Below, one piece after another: positions 49,433-59,975 of a DNA stretch of 64,000 bases. Position numbers and translations under genes: made by a program. Below the pieces are notes generated by a model that made no database searches, was not told where the DNA came from, and was given only the letters and a program-made list of their open reading frames with translations. Each line of letters begins with the position of its first letter. Positions within the stretch are counted from its first letter, which is position 1. Where the stretch lies: the NCBI GenBank assembly GCA_963836755.1, contig CAWIKF010000002.1, positions 1,600,001 to 1,664,000 on the forward strand, written 5' to 3'. This DNA is from an uncultured Verrucomicrobiae bacterium. Lineage in GTDB: Bacteria; Verrucomicrobiota; Verrucomicrobiia; Chthoniobacterales; Chthoniobacteraceae.

Positions 49433-50911
49433 ATGGCTTCCATTCCGACCACAACTTCATCCTCATCAGGCACGACGAACCCGGGCCAAACCTACCGCGC
49501 ATCGTTCGCGATCATGACGTCGCTCTTCTTCATGTGGGGCTTCATGACTGTCTTCAACGATATTTTGATCCCGCGTTTTAAAGAAGCTTTTGCACTGAAC
49601 TTTTTTCAGTCCATGCTCGTGCAGTTTGCGTTCTTTGGCGCTTACTTCATCGGCTCATCGATCTACTTCATTATTTCCGCGATGGCTGGTGATCCTATCG
49701 CCAAGATTGGTTACAAAAACGGCGTGGTCATTGGGCTACTGATATCGGCGGGTGGTAGCGCGATCTTCTGGCCCGCGGCCACGGCTAATTCATACCCGAT
49801 GTTCCTTTTTGCTTTGTTTGTCGTAGGTCTCGGTTTCGCCATGCTCCAGATCGCCGCCAATCCTTACGTTACCATTCTAGGTCCTGAGCGAACTGCATCG
49901 AGTCGCTTGAATTTAGCACAAGGCTTTAACTCGATCGGGACCACGATCGGACCGCTGATTGGCGGCTACCTTATCTTTCAATACTTCGCGAAGCCGGGCG
50001 CACATGGCGCGGACTCGGTGAAAGAACCTTACCTGATGTTCTGTGCGGTCTTCGTCGTGCTCGCGGTGATCTTCTTTTTCATCCATCTCCCGCACATTGG
50101 CGAGGGAAAGATCGAACCCGGGGCCGGCGCGCTCAAGTTCCCGCATGTCATCCTCGGCATCGTCGCCATCTTGATGTATGTCGGCGGCGAAGTCGCGGTC
50201 GGTAGTTCGATCATCAACTTTCTCGGTCAGCCGAGCGTGGCGGGTCTGGCACCTGTTGCAGCAAGCAAATATGTTTCGCTCTATTGGGGCGGACTTCTTA
50301 TCGGACGCTTCATGGGCTCGGTCGAGCTCAGTGAGATGAAGAAGGCCAACAAGCAGATCCTGCTGGTGGTGATTCCGCTGCTGGCCTATCTCTTCCTTTG
50401 GGTTGTGCAAAGCGCGCCACTGGATGCAATCCACAACGGAGATACTTCAGTGATGTTTCGTCTGTGGCAGGAACAATTTGTGCAGAACTGGCAGATGTTT
50501 AAATACTATCTGCCATTCATCGCGCTTTGTTGGGTATTGTTTCAATTTGGAGCTGCACTGGCCGATCGGACTCTTCTTATATTTTCGTCGACTGTGGTGA
50601 TACTGCTGCTAACGGCGATCCTCAGCGGCGGCAAAGTCGCGATGTGGTGCGTGGTTGCGGTGGGGCTATTTACCTCGATAGGCTGGTCGAATACCTTTTC
50701 ACTTGCGATCGAGGGTGTAGGGATCTACAAGAGTCAGGCGTCTTCGCTGCTCGTAATGGCTATCTTGGGAGGTGCATTACTCCCGCCTATGCAGGGAATC
50801 ATTGCCGATCATGTAGGACTTCGCATATCCTTCATCGTTCCATTGATTGCCTACGCTTACGTTGCTTTCTACGGCTGGAAGGGGCACAAGATTGGGCGCA
50901 CCGAGCAGTAG
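49433..50911 (+). CDS. FucP/GluP-family MFS sugar transporter
   Basis: LFFMWGF, QIAANPY, RLNLAQGFNSIG, YVGGEV and MAILGGA motifs. Confidence 0.92.
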   Translation: MASIPTTTSSSSGTTNPGQTYRASFAIMTSLFFMWGFMTVFNDILIPRFKEAFALNFFQSMLVQFAFFGAYFIGSSIYFIISAMAGDPIAKIGYKNGVVIGLLISAGGSAIFWPAATANSYPMFLFALFVVGLGFAMLQIAANPYVTILGPERTASSRLNLAQGFNSIGTTIGPLIGGYLIFQYFAKPGAHGADSVKEPYLMFCAVFVVLAVIFFFIHLPHIGEGKIEPGAGALKFPHVILGIVAILMYVGGEVAVGSSIINFLGQPSVAGLAPVAASKYVSLYWGGLLIGRFMGSVELSEMKKANKQILLVVIPLLAYLFLWVVQSAPLDAIHNGDTSVMFRLWQEQFVQNWQMFKYYLPFIALCWVLFQFGAALADRTLLIFSSTVVILLLTAILSGGKVAMWCVVAVGLFTSIGWSNTFSLAIEGVGIYKSQASSLLVMAILGGALLPPMQGIIADHVGLRISFIVPLIAYAYVAFYGWKGHKIGRTEQ

Positions 50912-50924
50912 TTCCTCGCGAAAC

Positions 50925-53183
50925 ATGATGAATACGCCGCGCTTTACAGTAGCTCTCATCTCGGTTGCGATTTGTTCGAGCTTATCATGGTCAATGGCCC
51001 AGCAAGAGACGCCCTTGACGCCGTTCGTCGACCCTTTCATCGGAACCGATCCTAATCCCATCACCAAAACCGGTTATGATATGGATACGGGGAACGTTTA
51101 TCCGGGTGCGGTTTGTCCGCATGGTTTACTTGCTTGGAGTCCTGATACGACTACGAACAAGAGAATCGCGGGCGGCTACTGGTATCCAGATTCAAAGATC
51201 GAGGACTTTAGCCTGACCCACTTCAGCGGTCGCGGGGTTCCGTGCTTGAAGGACATTGCATTTGAGCCCCTCGTGCAGCCGGTTGAAGCTTCCCCCGGCA
51301 GGGACTGGACGCGATATTCCTCGAGCTTTACCCATCAAAATGAAAGTGCGTCGCCGGGCTATTATAAAGTAAAATTCGATAACGGAATAATCACGGAGCT
51401 GACCGCGAGTCCTAGGTCTGGAGTAGCGCACTTCACCTTCCCGCCAAAGACGGCTTCGACGCTTTTAATCCGAGCCAACGGACTCATCGAGGTCAATGGC
51501 AAGGAAGTTTCAGGCCATGCGCGAAAGCTCTATTTCTTCGCGCAGTTTTCCAATCCGTTTACTAGCGTCAAAACTTGGGAGGCAGACAAGATCAGCGATG
51601 CCACCAGCGCACGCGGGGGAAGCTGTGGCGCCATTCTTTCGTTCGACACTTCGAAAGATCCGATGATCCAGGTGCGTGTTGGGATTTCCTATACCAGCGT
51701 GGAAAACGCCCGCGACAATTTGAACCAGGAAAACAAAGACGGGGACTTTGCGGCGGTGCAAAAGAACGCCGTTGCTTTATGGGATCACGAGCTAAAGCGA
51801 ATTCAGGTCGAGGGTGGAACCAAGGCGGGTAAGACAGTTTTTTACACGGCTCTTTACCATTGCTTCATCCATCCGAGCTTCTTAGATGATGTCAACGGTC
51901 AGTATCTAGGCATGGATGAAAAGGTCCACGAAGTGGCGAAGGGGCATCATCAATATCAAAACATTCCGGCATGGGACGAGTATCGTTCGCAGTCACCGCT
52001 GATGGCCTTCCTTGCTCCAAAGGAAGCCAGCGATATCGTGCAATCGTTAGTCAACTATGCGCAACAGGACGCCACTGTCCGACCCGAAGGCGGCGGCTTG
52101 CCCCGCTGGGAGCAGATGAATATTAACTCCGGCGGCATGGTTGGCGACGGCGACGATGTGATCATTGCAGCCTCGTATGCCTTTGGCGCCAGAGAGTTTG
52201 ACACCAAGGGCGCATGGGAAGCAATGGACAAAGGCGCCTCTCGGCCAGGGACCACTTCTGATGGACACCTTGTCAGGGCTGGCTTGGAAGAATACATGAG
52301 CAAGGGCTACATCCCCGAATCAGCATCGGATCGCGGCGGATCACATAGCGCTTCCATCACGCTGGAGTATTGCAACGACGACTTCGCTCTCGCCCAATAT
52401 GCCGAGAGCCTCGGACACCACGACAAGTATGTGACCTACCAAAACCGCGCGCAAAATTGGAAGAATCTCTTTAACGCTGACACCGGTTATATTCAGCCGC
52501 GGATGGCAGACGGCGCATGGATGCAAAACTTTTCTCCATCCAGTGAAAAAGCGTTTACCGAGGGAACCGGCGCGCAATATCTTTGGCTCGTAAATTTCAA
52601 TCTCCATGGTCTGATTGAAAAGCTCGGCGGCAACGAGAAAGCGGTTGAGCGGTTGGACAATTTTTTCACCAAAACCAACGCAGGTCCTAGAAGTGAATTC
52701 GCGTTCATGGGAAATGAGCCGTGCGAGGAAACGCCATGGGTGTATGACTTTGCGGCCGCTCCTGCGAGGACGCAGCAAGTGGTTCGGCAGATTCAGACAG
52801 AGCTTTTCACCAGCAAACCATCCGGCATTCCTGGCAACGATGACGCAGGTGCATTGTCTTCGTGGTATGTCTTCTCCGCGCTAGGTCTCTATCCGCAGAT
52901 TCCAGGAGTGGCTGGATTCGTCGTAGGAAGCCCGATTTTCGATAAAGCGACCATTCATCTGGAGAACGGCTCTGACATCCAGATCATTGGGGAACACGCA
53001 TCGTTGACTAATAGCTACGTGCAGACGCTCAAGGTAAATGGCCATGATTGGAAAGGGCCATGGATACCTTGGTCGGAACTTTCGAAAGGCGGAATCATCA
53101 ATGTCAGCCTTGGCGATAAGCCTTCGACCTGGGGGAGTGATCCCAGTGTGGCACCGCCTTCTTTCGATACCGTGAAACCTTGA
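50925..53183 (+). CDS. GH92 alpha-mannosidase family protein (copy 1)
   Basis: VDPFIGT, FSLTHFSG, FYTALYH, FTEG, GNEP and PGNDDAGALSSW motifs. Confidence 0.92.
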   Translation: MMNTPRFTVALISVAICSSLSWSMAQQETPLTPFVDPFIGTDPNPITKTGYDMDTGNVYPGAVCPHGLLAWSPDTTTNKRIAGGYWYPDSKIEDFSLTHFSGRGVPCLKDIAFEPLVQPVEASPGRDWTRYSSSFTHQNESASPGYYKVKFDNGIITELTASPRSGVAHFTFPPKTASTLLIRANGLIEVNGKEVSGHARKLYFFAQFSNPFTSVKTWEADKISDATSARGGSCGAILSFDTSKDPMIQVRVGISYTSVENARDNLNQENKDGDFAAVQKNAVALWDHELKRIQVEGGTKAGKTVFYTALYHCFIHPSFLDDVNGQYLGMDEKVHEVAKGHHQYQNIPAWDEYRSQSPLMAFLAPKEASDIVQSLVNYAQQDATVRPEGGGLPRWEQMNINSGGMVGDGDDVIIAASYAFGAREFDTKGAWEAMDKGASRPGTTSDGHLVRAGLEEYMSKGYIPESASDRGGSHSASITLEYCNDDFALAQYAESLGHHDKYVTYQNRAQNWKNLFNADTGYIQPRMADGAWMQNFSPSSEKAFTEGTGAQYLWLVNFNLHGLIEKLGGNEKAVERLDNFFTKTNAGPRSEFAFMGNEPCEETPWVYDFAAAPARTQQVVRQIQTELFTSKPSGIPGNDDAGALSSWYVFSALGLYPQIPGVAGFVVGSPIFDKATIHLENGSDIQIIGEHASLTNSYVQTLKVNGHDWKGPWIPWSELSKGGIINVSLGDKPSTWGSDPSVAPPSFDTVKP

Positions 53184-53202
53184 TCCTGACTAAAAAAACC
53201 TT

Positions 53203-53643
53203 ATGCGATTTGTTTTCCCGACTTCATCTGTAACGCGTTACCGTCTGCCGACTCATATTAACGATCTAGTCGTTGACCGGTCGGAATCCGAGACATCGGA
53301 AGTGTTCGTAGTAGTTATCGAACCAGGCTCTGCGCCGCCGCCACACCAGCATGATGATACGGAACAAGTCTTCTATGTGTTGGAAGGCAAAGGAACTCTT
53401 CGCATTGGTGCCGAAAAAAGCGAGCACACCGTAAGTCCGGGCGACGTGGTGCGAATTCCACCGCGCACGGTTCACTCAATTCGGTGCGATGGTTCAAAGC
53501 CGTTGCGTTACGTGGCGATTGACTGCTTTACCGCTGGCAGGCCGGTCGATGAGCCGACTTGGGATTCGCATGTGGAAGTAATGTGCAAGCGAGAAGGCTG
53601 GCCGCGCATAGAAGGGCAGCTGCTTCATCATGGAGCTGAGTAG
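53203..53643 (+). CDS. Cupin domain protein
   Basis: PHQHDDTEQVFYVLEGKG...PGDVVRIPPRTVHSI cupin motifs. Confidence 0.9.
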   Translation: MRFVFPTSSVTRYRLPTHINDLVVDRSESETSEVFVVVIEPGSAPPPHQHDDTEQVFYVLEGKGTLRIGAEKSEHTVSPGDVVRIPPRTVHSIRCDGSKPLRYVAIDCFTAGRPVDEPTWDSHVEVMCKREGWPRIEGQLLHHGAE

Positions 53644-53682
53644 GTCTAACACCTTCCATTTTTAAATCTGAATTTCGAAAAT

Positions 53683-56079
53683 ATGAAGTCAACGATTCGT
53701 CTCGCTATTGTTTCAGCTGTATTCCTCGTAGAGTTGCATTGTTCTGCAGGTAAACTGCAGGCGAAGGATTCTGCAGACTATGTCGATCCCTTCATCGGCG
53801 CAGCCAGCACGCGGCCGACCCAGGAGGAACTGGCAAAAATCACGGCTGAGGGTGTGAAGCTTGATCCAAGATTCGACGGTTTTCATGGGAAACTTTTTCC
53901 CGGGGCGGACACACCTTTTGGCATGGTGCAGTTAAGCCCGGACACGATCACAGACGGCGACAATGGCGCCGGCTACTCGTTTCCAAATACGACGATACAA
54001 GGCTTTAGCTTCAACCACATGAGCGGGGTGGGCGCTTATGGGGACTTAGGAAATTTCATGGTCATGCCTACAACGGGGCCGCTCAAAACGTGGTATGGGG
54101 ACACCGATAAACCCGGCACCGGCTATCTATCTTCCTACTCGAAAAAAACCGAGGTAGCTCAAGCCGGCTATTATGCAGTGACGTTGTCGGACTATCAGGT
54201 TCGCGCCGAGATGACCGCTGCTCCGCATAGTGGGATTCTTCGTTTCACTTTCGCGAAAAATCCGCAGTCCAGAATCCAGATCGATCTTGCACGCCGCGTC
54301 GGAGGAACTTCCATGCATCAGATCGTCAAGGTCACGGATGATCACACGATCGAAGGACAGATTGATTGCACAAACCACGGTGGAGGATTTCGCGGCGGCA
54401 CAGTTAACTACACGCTCTATTTCCATGCTGAATTCAGCGAGCCGCTCAAAGATTTCGGAGTGTGGAGCGCGACGCTTCCGACGGGGCGGAACATCTGGAA
54501 GACTCCCGAATTCGCCAAAGCGTGCGCCGAAGCTGCGGTCATTCCAAACTGTCGCGACAAGGAAGGAGACCACCTCGGCTTCTATGCGAATTTTGCGACG
54601 ACGGACAACCAAGTGATCATGCTCAAGGCCGGCATTTCCTATGTCAGCCTTGCAGACGCTCGCGAAAATATGAAAGCGGAGATTCCGGCATGGGATTTCG
54701 ACGGCTTGCGTCAGCACACCCATGAGATGTGGAATGATGAGTTGAGCCGCATTTCGATCGAAGGTGGAACGGAGGATCAGAAGACTACTTTTTACACATC
54801 GCTCTACCATTCGCTGCTGGATCCAAGGACGGAGACGGACGTCAATGGGAACTATCCCGGCGGAGATGGGCAGGTGCATCAGGCCAAAGGCTTCACGAAA
54901 CGCACGATTTTCAGCGGCTGGGATATTTATAGGAGCCAATTCCCGCTGCTCACGCTGATTGATCCTCAGGTGGTCGATGATGAAATCCAGAGTATGGTCG
55001 AGTTGGCGTCGCAAAACGGCACTCACTACTTTGATCGGTGGGAACTAATGGGATCCTACACTGGCTGCATGTGCGGTAACCCTCAGGTAGTTGTGAATAA
55101 CGATGCATATCAAAAGGGAATTCGAAACTTTGACGTCGCGAAGGCCTATGAGTATTCGGTGAATACCTGTGAGAAATTCGGCAATGGGCCGCTTGGCTAC
55201 TCAGCAGGTGGCAGCGGCGTTGCCATCACTCTTGAGAATGCCTTTGCCGATTGGAATTTGTCGGAGCTGGCAAAAGCCCTCGGTCATAATGATGACGCCA
55301 AAAAGTTTGCTGCAGACGGCCAGGATTTTCGGAATATCTTCAATCCGGAAGCTAGCTGGACTTACGAAAAATCCGGCAAGGACTCTCATCCGGAGTGGCA
55401 TGGATGGTTTGTAACTAAAGACAAAGACGGAAAGTGGGGTCCTTGGAACGGCCTCGTTTCCAGCCCGGGCGGCATGGAATCCTCACTATACCAAAGCGGG
55501 TGGTTTGTGCCGCAGGATATCCCGGGCCTGATCAGTCTGCTTGGAGGCAAAGAAGCTTTCGTAGCGAAGTTGTCCGATTTTTTTGAACACACTTCGAATC
55601 TCGGAAAGAACAACAGCTACATGAGCATCTCGAATGAGCCGAGTCATCTCATTCCCTTTCTTTTCAACAGGGCTGGTGCACCATGGCTGACGCAGAAGTG
55701 GGTCCGCCGGCTTGTGACGGAAGCTTACGGTTCTGCGCCGAACGCTCTTTCTGGCGATGACGACGTGGGCCAAATGTCAGCGTGGTATGTTCTAGCGACG
55801 AGCGGCCTGGCGCAAGCTGCTCCGGGGGATCCCCGCTTTGAAATCTTTACGCCGCTCTTTGACAAAGTTACTTTGAAACTTGATCCAAAGTATTCAAAGG
55901 GTCGCACCTTTACCGTGACGGCGAAGAACAATTCTCCCGAGAATGTTTATATCCAATCAGCGACGTTAAATGGCAAATCCCTGAACCGCTGTTGGCTGAG
56001 CTACTCGGAAATTACCGCCGGCGGCGCGCTCGAACTGGTTCTCGGTCCGCAGCCTAACAAGCAATGGGGTGTGGAATAA
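53683..56079 (+). CDS. GH92 alpha-mannosidase family protein (copy 2)
   Basis: PFGMVQLSPDT, FSGWDIYR, NEP and GDDDVGQMSAW motifs, with a signal peptide. Confidence 0.92.
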   Translation: MKSTIRLAIVSAVFLVELHCSAGKLQAKDSADYVDPFIGAASTRPTQEELAKITAEGVKLDPRFDGFHGKLFPGADTPFGMVQLSPDTITDGDNGAGYSFPNTTIQGFSFNHMSGVGAYGDLGNFMVMPTTGPLKTWYGDTDKPGTGYLSSYSKKTEVAQAGYYAVTLSDYQVRAEMTAAPHSGILRFTFAKNPQSRIQIDLARRVGGTSMHQIVKVTDDHTIEGQIDCTNHGGGFRGGTVNYTLYFHAEFSEPLKDFGVWSATLPTGRNIWKTPEFAKACAEAAVIPNCRDKEGDHLGFYANFATTDNQVIMLKAGISYVSLADARENMKAEIPAWDFDGLRQHTHEMWNDELSRISIEGGTEDQKTTFYTSLYHSLLDPRTETDVNGNYPGGDGQVHQAKGFTKRTIFSGWDIYRSQFPLLTLIDPQVVDDEIQSMVELASQNGTHYFDRWELMGSYTGCMCGNPQVVVNNDAYQKGIRNFDVAKAYEYSVNTCEKFGNGPLGYSAGGSGVAITLENAFADWNLSELAKALGHNDDAKKFAADGQDFRNIFNPEASWTYEKSGKDSHPEWHGWFVTKDKDGKWGPWNGLVSSPGGMESSLYQSGWFVPQDIPGLISLLGGKEAFVAKLSDFFEHTSNLGKNNSYMSISNEPSHLIPFLFNRAGAPWLTQKWVRRLVTEAYGSAPNALSGDDDVGQMSAWYVLATSGLAQAAPGDPRFEIFTPLFDKVTLKLDPKYSKGRTFTVTAKNNSPENVYIQSATLNGKSLNRCWLSYSEITAGGALELVLGPQPNKQWGVE

Positions 56080-56215
56080 CTCGATCAAAGAACCATGAAG
56101 CCTATGTTAGCTTGCAAAGCGCTGGCCTCGTGCTTTCCCAGCAACTTTGCTTACTTTGGAGCCACACCAAACGGACGACCAGGCCTAAAGTAGCCAAAGC
56201 CTAAATACCGAAATA

Positions 56216-58597
56216 ATGAAAAAGATCTACTGCCTTGCAGCTGTCTTCGTCTTTCAGATCGCCGCACTTCATGCGAAGGAAGCGATCGATTATATCGATC
56301 CATTCATCGGGACTGGATCCCAAGGAAAAGATTTTCCAGGTGCGAACGTCCCGTTCAGCATGGTGAAACTTAGTCCGGATACGCTCGTTACTGGTTCGAC
56401 GAGTTACTACTACTCCGATAAGACCATCCAAGGGTTTAGCTTTACCCACCTCGGTGGAGCAGATGGTGGAGAACTTGGAAATTTCCTTGTGATGCCAACC
56501 ACCGGTCCGATGCAAACCTATGGCGGGCAAAGAGGTAAACCACACACTGGGTATCTTTCGTCTTTCACCAAATCATCGGAAAAGGCGAGTGCTGGTTATT
56601 ATGCGGTCACCCTCGACGACTATGGAGTGAAGGCGGAAGCCACGGTGACTGACCGTAGCGGAATGCTTCGCTTTACCTTTCCGAAAAATGATCAGTCGCG
56701 GATCCAAGTCGATCTTGCTCATCGGATCAACGGCACCTCCTTGCATCAGACGGTGAAAGTGGTGAACGACCATACGATTGAGGGAATGATCGATCTTCCG
56801 AAGAATGGCGGAGGCTGGAGCTTCGGAGGTAACATCCACTACACCGCTTACTATCACGCCGAGTTCAGCAAACCTTTTACCAAGTATGGAGTTTGGAGCG
56901 CAACGTTGCCTCCCGATTGGTCCGCCGCAAAGCCGTCGGTCGGATACGGTAAACTACGAAACGTCAACAGTCCTGAGTTTATCGCTGCTTGCAAGAGCGC
57001 GGAAGTCATACCGGATTGTAAAGAGAAGGAAGGTCAGCATTTGGGATTCTATAGTGAGTTTCCGACAACGGATGGCGAAGCGGTGGTGCTGAAGGCGGGT
57101 ATTTCTTTTGTGAGCGTGGATGGTGCGCGGGCTAACTTGGCCTCTGAAATTCCGGGCTGGGACTTCGATCAGGTGCACCAGCAGGCGCGGGATGCATGGT
57201 CGAAGGCTTTCGACCATCTCACCGTCGAAGGCGGCACTGAGGATCACAAGACAATCTTTTACAGCGCGCTTTACCGCTCGCTGCTTTATCCGATGACTTT
57301 CGGAGATGTCGACGGGAATTACTTCGGAGGAGATGGCAAGGTTCATCATTCTGATACCTTTACGAATCGCACCATCTTCAGTGGCTGGGACGAATACAGG
57401 AGCAAGTATCCGCTGTTAACGCTCATCGAGCCGAAGGTAGTCAACGATCAGATCAACAGCATGATCGCGCTCGCGGAAGACAACGGGACAAAGTATTTCG
57501 ACCGGTGGGAGATCATGGGGAATTATACCGTTTGCATGATTGGCAATCCGGAAGTGGTGGTATTGAACGATGCCTATCAAAAGGGCATCCGAGGCTATGA
57601 TGTCGAAAAAGCGTATCAGTTCGCCGTCAACACCACGGAAAAATACGGAAACAGCAAGTATGGCTACATCCCGGGGCAAATTTCCGAGACGACTGAGTAT
57701 GGTCTGGACGAGTGGAACCTGGCTCAGCTCGCCGCTGGGTTGGACAAAAAAGAGGACGCCACTAAATACCAGCAGCTATCATTGGCCTATCAAAAGCTCT
57801 TTGATCCCGATCAAGCCTGGACTTACGATGCGGCAGGTAAGGATGCGAAACCGGAATGGAAAGGCTGGTTCCGACCGAAGGATGGCAAAGGAAACTTTGA
57901 GCAGTGGCCTGGATTAACTTCGCCCAAAGGAACGCGGGAAGCCACTGTCTATCAGGCTGGATGGACAGCCTGTAATGACATTCCTGGAATGATCAAGCTG
58001 CTTGGCGGCAATGAACTATTTGCCGAAAAGCTAAACGATTTTTTTGAAAGAGCGCCTGATTTTGATAAGTGGAATCCCTCCATGGGCATGCGCAATCCTG
58101 CTCATATATATGGGGGGATGGAGCCCTGGTGGAACCCGTATAACAATCCCGTAAATGAACCGACGGAGATGATTCCGTTCCTGTTCAATCGCGCGAAGGC
58201 TCCTTGGCTGACGCAAAAGTGGGTGCACCAATCGGAGAAGGTTTATTATACTGGACCCGAAGGTCTGCCCGGCGACGATGACGTGGGACAGATGTCCGCA
58301 TGGTATGTTCTGGCGGCGAGTGGCATCACCCAAGCCTGTCCGGGCGACACACGCTTTGAGATTTTCACACCGTTGTTCGACAAGGTCACTTACCGGTTCG
58401 ATCCGCATTATGCAAAAGGCAGCAGCTTTGTAATCAACGCAAAGAATAACTCGCCGGAGAACATTTACATTCAATCCGCCACTTTCAATGGACAACCATT
58501 CAACCGCTGCTGGCTTGATTTCTCGGAGATAGCTAAAGGCGGGACGTTGGACCTGGTCCTCGGGCCAACACCTAACAAGCAGTGGGGGACGGAGTAG
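56216..58597 (+). CDS. GH92 alpha-mannosidase family protein (copy 3)
   Basis: PFSMVKLSPDT, FSGWDEYR, NEP and GDDDVGQMSAW motifs. Close paralogue of copy 2. Confidence 0.92.
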   Translation: MKKIYCLAAVFVFQIAALHAKEAIDYIDPFIGTGSQGKDFPGANVPFSMVKLSPDTLVTGSTSYYYSDKTIQGFSFTHLGGADGGELGNFLVMPTTGPMQTYGGQRGKPHTGYLSSFTKSSEKASAGYYAVTLDDYGVKAEATVTDRSGMLRFTFPKNDQSRIQVDLAHRINGTSLHQTVKVVNDHTIEGMIDLPKNGGGWSFGGNIHYTAYYHAEFSKPFTKYGVWSATLPPDWSAAKPSVGYGKLRNVNSPEFIAACKSAEVIPDCKEKEGQHLGFYSEFPTTDGEAVVLKAGISFVSVDGARANLASEIPGWDFDQVHQQARDAWSKAFDHLTVEGGTEDHKTIFYSALYRSLLYPMTFGDVDGNYFGGDGKVHHSDTFTNRTIFSGWDEYRSKYPLLTLIEPKVVNDQINSMIALAEDNGTKYFDRWEIMGNYTVCMIGNPEVVVLNDAYQKGIRGYDVEKAYQFAVNTTEKYGNSKYGYIPGQISETTEYGLDEWNLAQLAAGLDKKEDATKYQQLSLAYQKLFDPDQAWTYDAAGKDAKPEWKGWFRPKDGKGNFEQWPGLTSPKGTREATVYQAGWTACNDIPGMIKLLGGNELFAEKLNDFFERAPDFDKWNPSMGMRNPAHIYGGMEPWWNPYNNPVNEPTEMIPFLFNRAKAPWLTQKWVHQSEKVYYTGPEGLPGDDDVGQMSAWYVLAASGITQACPGDTRFEIFTPLFDKVTYRFDPHYAKGSSFVINAKNNSPENIYIQSATFNGQPFNRCWLDFSEIAKGGTLDLVLGPTPNKQWGTE

Positions 58598-58617
58598 GTC
58601 TCGCACAAATAATCCAA

Positions 58618-59949
58618 ATGTTTTTTCCTTCTAGATACATTTTTCTGCTTTGCCTCCTCAGTTTTTTGCCGCGAGCATTTGCAGAATCAGCGATCGATAC
58701 TCTGAGCCCCGCGGAAAAGGCCGCAGGATGGAGGCTACTCTTTGATGGCACCGACCTTTCCGGGTGGCACAACTTTAAAAAGAGCACCGTCGGCGAAGGA
58801 TGGCAGGTCAAAGATGGATGCCTTGTTTGTGTGGATCCGAAGACCGCTGGTGACATAGTCACTGACGAAAAGTTTCCGTGGTTTGAACTGCAGCTTGACT
58901 ACAACATATCAAAAGGCGGCAACAGTGGGATCATGTATCATGTCACCGACGCTGGAGGCAAAGTTTGGGCGACGGGACCCGAATTCCAATTGGAGGACAA
59001 CGAGAACCCGAGCAGTTCCCAAAGAGCCGGATGGCTTTATGACCTTTATCATCCTCCGATCGACCCGCAGACGGGAAAGATATTGGACGCGACCAAGCCA
59101 GCGGGGGAATGGAACCACGTTCGGCTACTGGTGAGCCCGACACTTTGCGAGCATGACATCAATGGCATGAAGTATTTAACTTATGTGCTTGGCACCAGCG
59201 ATTTCCTGGACCGTGTGAAGGGCAGTAAATTCAGCACGATGCCGGACTTCGCGAAAGCTACTGATGGCTGGATTGCCCTGCAAGCTGAACACGGATCGGT
59301 GTCCTTCCGGAATATCAAGATCCGCCCGATAACACCGGAGAATTCCACTCGATCCCCTGTCACCGGCAAAGAGTTCATACCCACTGCCAAGACTGATGCG
59401 TCCATTAATTTGGGAACGGCCGAGGGAGTGAAGCTAGTCGCAGGCGAATGGCGCTACAGTGACATCAAGATCATAGAGACAGACTTCAAGTCACCCGATA
59501 AGAAGCCGAACAAAACATACGATTATCAACCGCATGCAGGTGTTGCGAATTTTGACGATTCAAAGTGGGAGGTGATTGATCCGGCCACACTGAAAAAACC
59601 CCGTTCAACCGGAAAGATTTGTTTTAACTGGTATCGCATCAATTTAACTATCCCGGAGAAAATTGGAGATTTCCAGGTCGTAGGTTCTACGGTGAGCTTT
59701 GAGACGACGATTGATGATTACGCCGAAATCTGGGTCGATGGGAAGATGCCACACAGCCTGGGACAATCAGGCGGAACAGTCGTCAAGGGATTCAATGCAC
59801 CGAACCGCCTGATCATTGCAGAGCACGTGAAACCGGGTCAGCGCATCCAACTGGCTGTGTTTGGGATCAATGGACCAATAAGTGTCGCACCGGACAACTA
59901 CATCTTCATGCGCACGAACCCGCGGTTGGATTTCTTCAAAGCACCTTAA
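58618..59949 (+). CDS. DUF1080 (3-keto-glycoside hydrolase-like) domain fused to a galactose-binding-like domain
   Basis: GWRLLFDG, GGNSGI, GEWNH and FRNIKIR motifs. Second domain contains WYRI...DDYAEIWVDG. Confidence 0.82.
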   Translation: MFFPSRYIFLLCLLSFLPRAFAESAIDTLSPAEKAAGWRLLFDGTDLSGWHNFKKSTVGEGWQVKDGCLVCVDPKTAGDIVTDEKFPWFELQLDYNISKGGNSGIMYHVTDAGGKVWATGPEFQLEDNENPSSSQRAGWLYDLYHPPIDPQTGKILDATKPAGEWNHVRLLVSPTLCEHDINGMKYLTYVLGTSDFLDRVKGSKFSTMPDFAKATDGWIALQAEHGSVSFRNIKIRPITPENSTRSPVTGKEFIPTAKTDASINLGTAEGVKLVAGEWRYSDIKIIETDFKSPDKKPNKTYDYQPHAGVANFDDSKWEVIDPATLKKPRSTGKICFNWYRINLTIPEKIGDFQVVGSTVSFETTIDDYAEIWVDGKMPHSLGQSGGTVVKGFNAPNRLIIAEHVKPGQRIQLAVFGINGPISVAPDNYIFMRTNPRLDFFKAP

Positions 59950-59975
59950 TCGAAAGGCGTCAAAGGCGCCGAAAA

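Noticed and set aside
56095..56193. 32-codon ORF between GH92 copies 2 and 3
   Set aside because: No recognisable motif, lipobox or clear ribosome-binding site.
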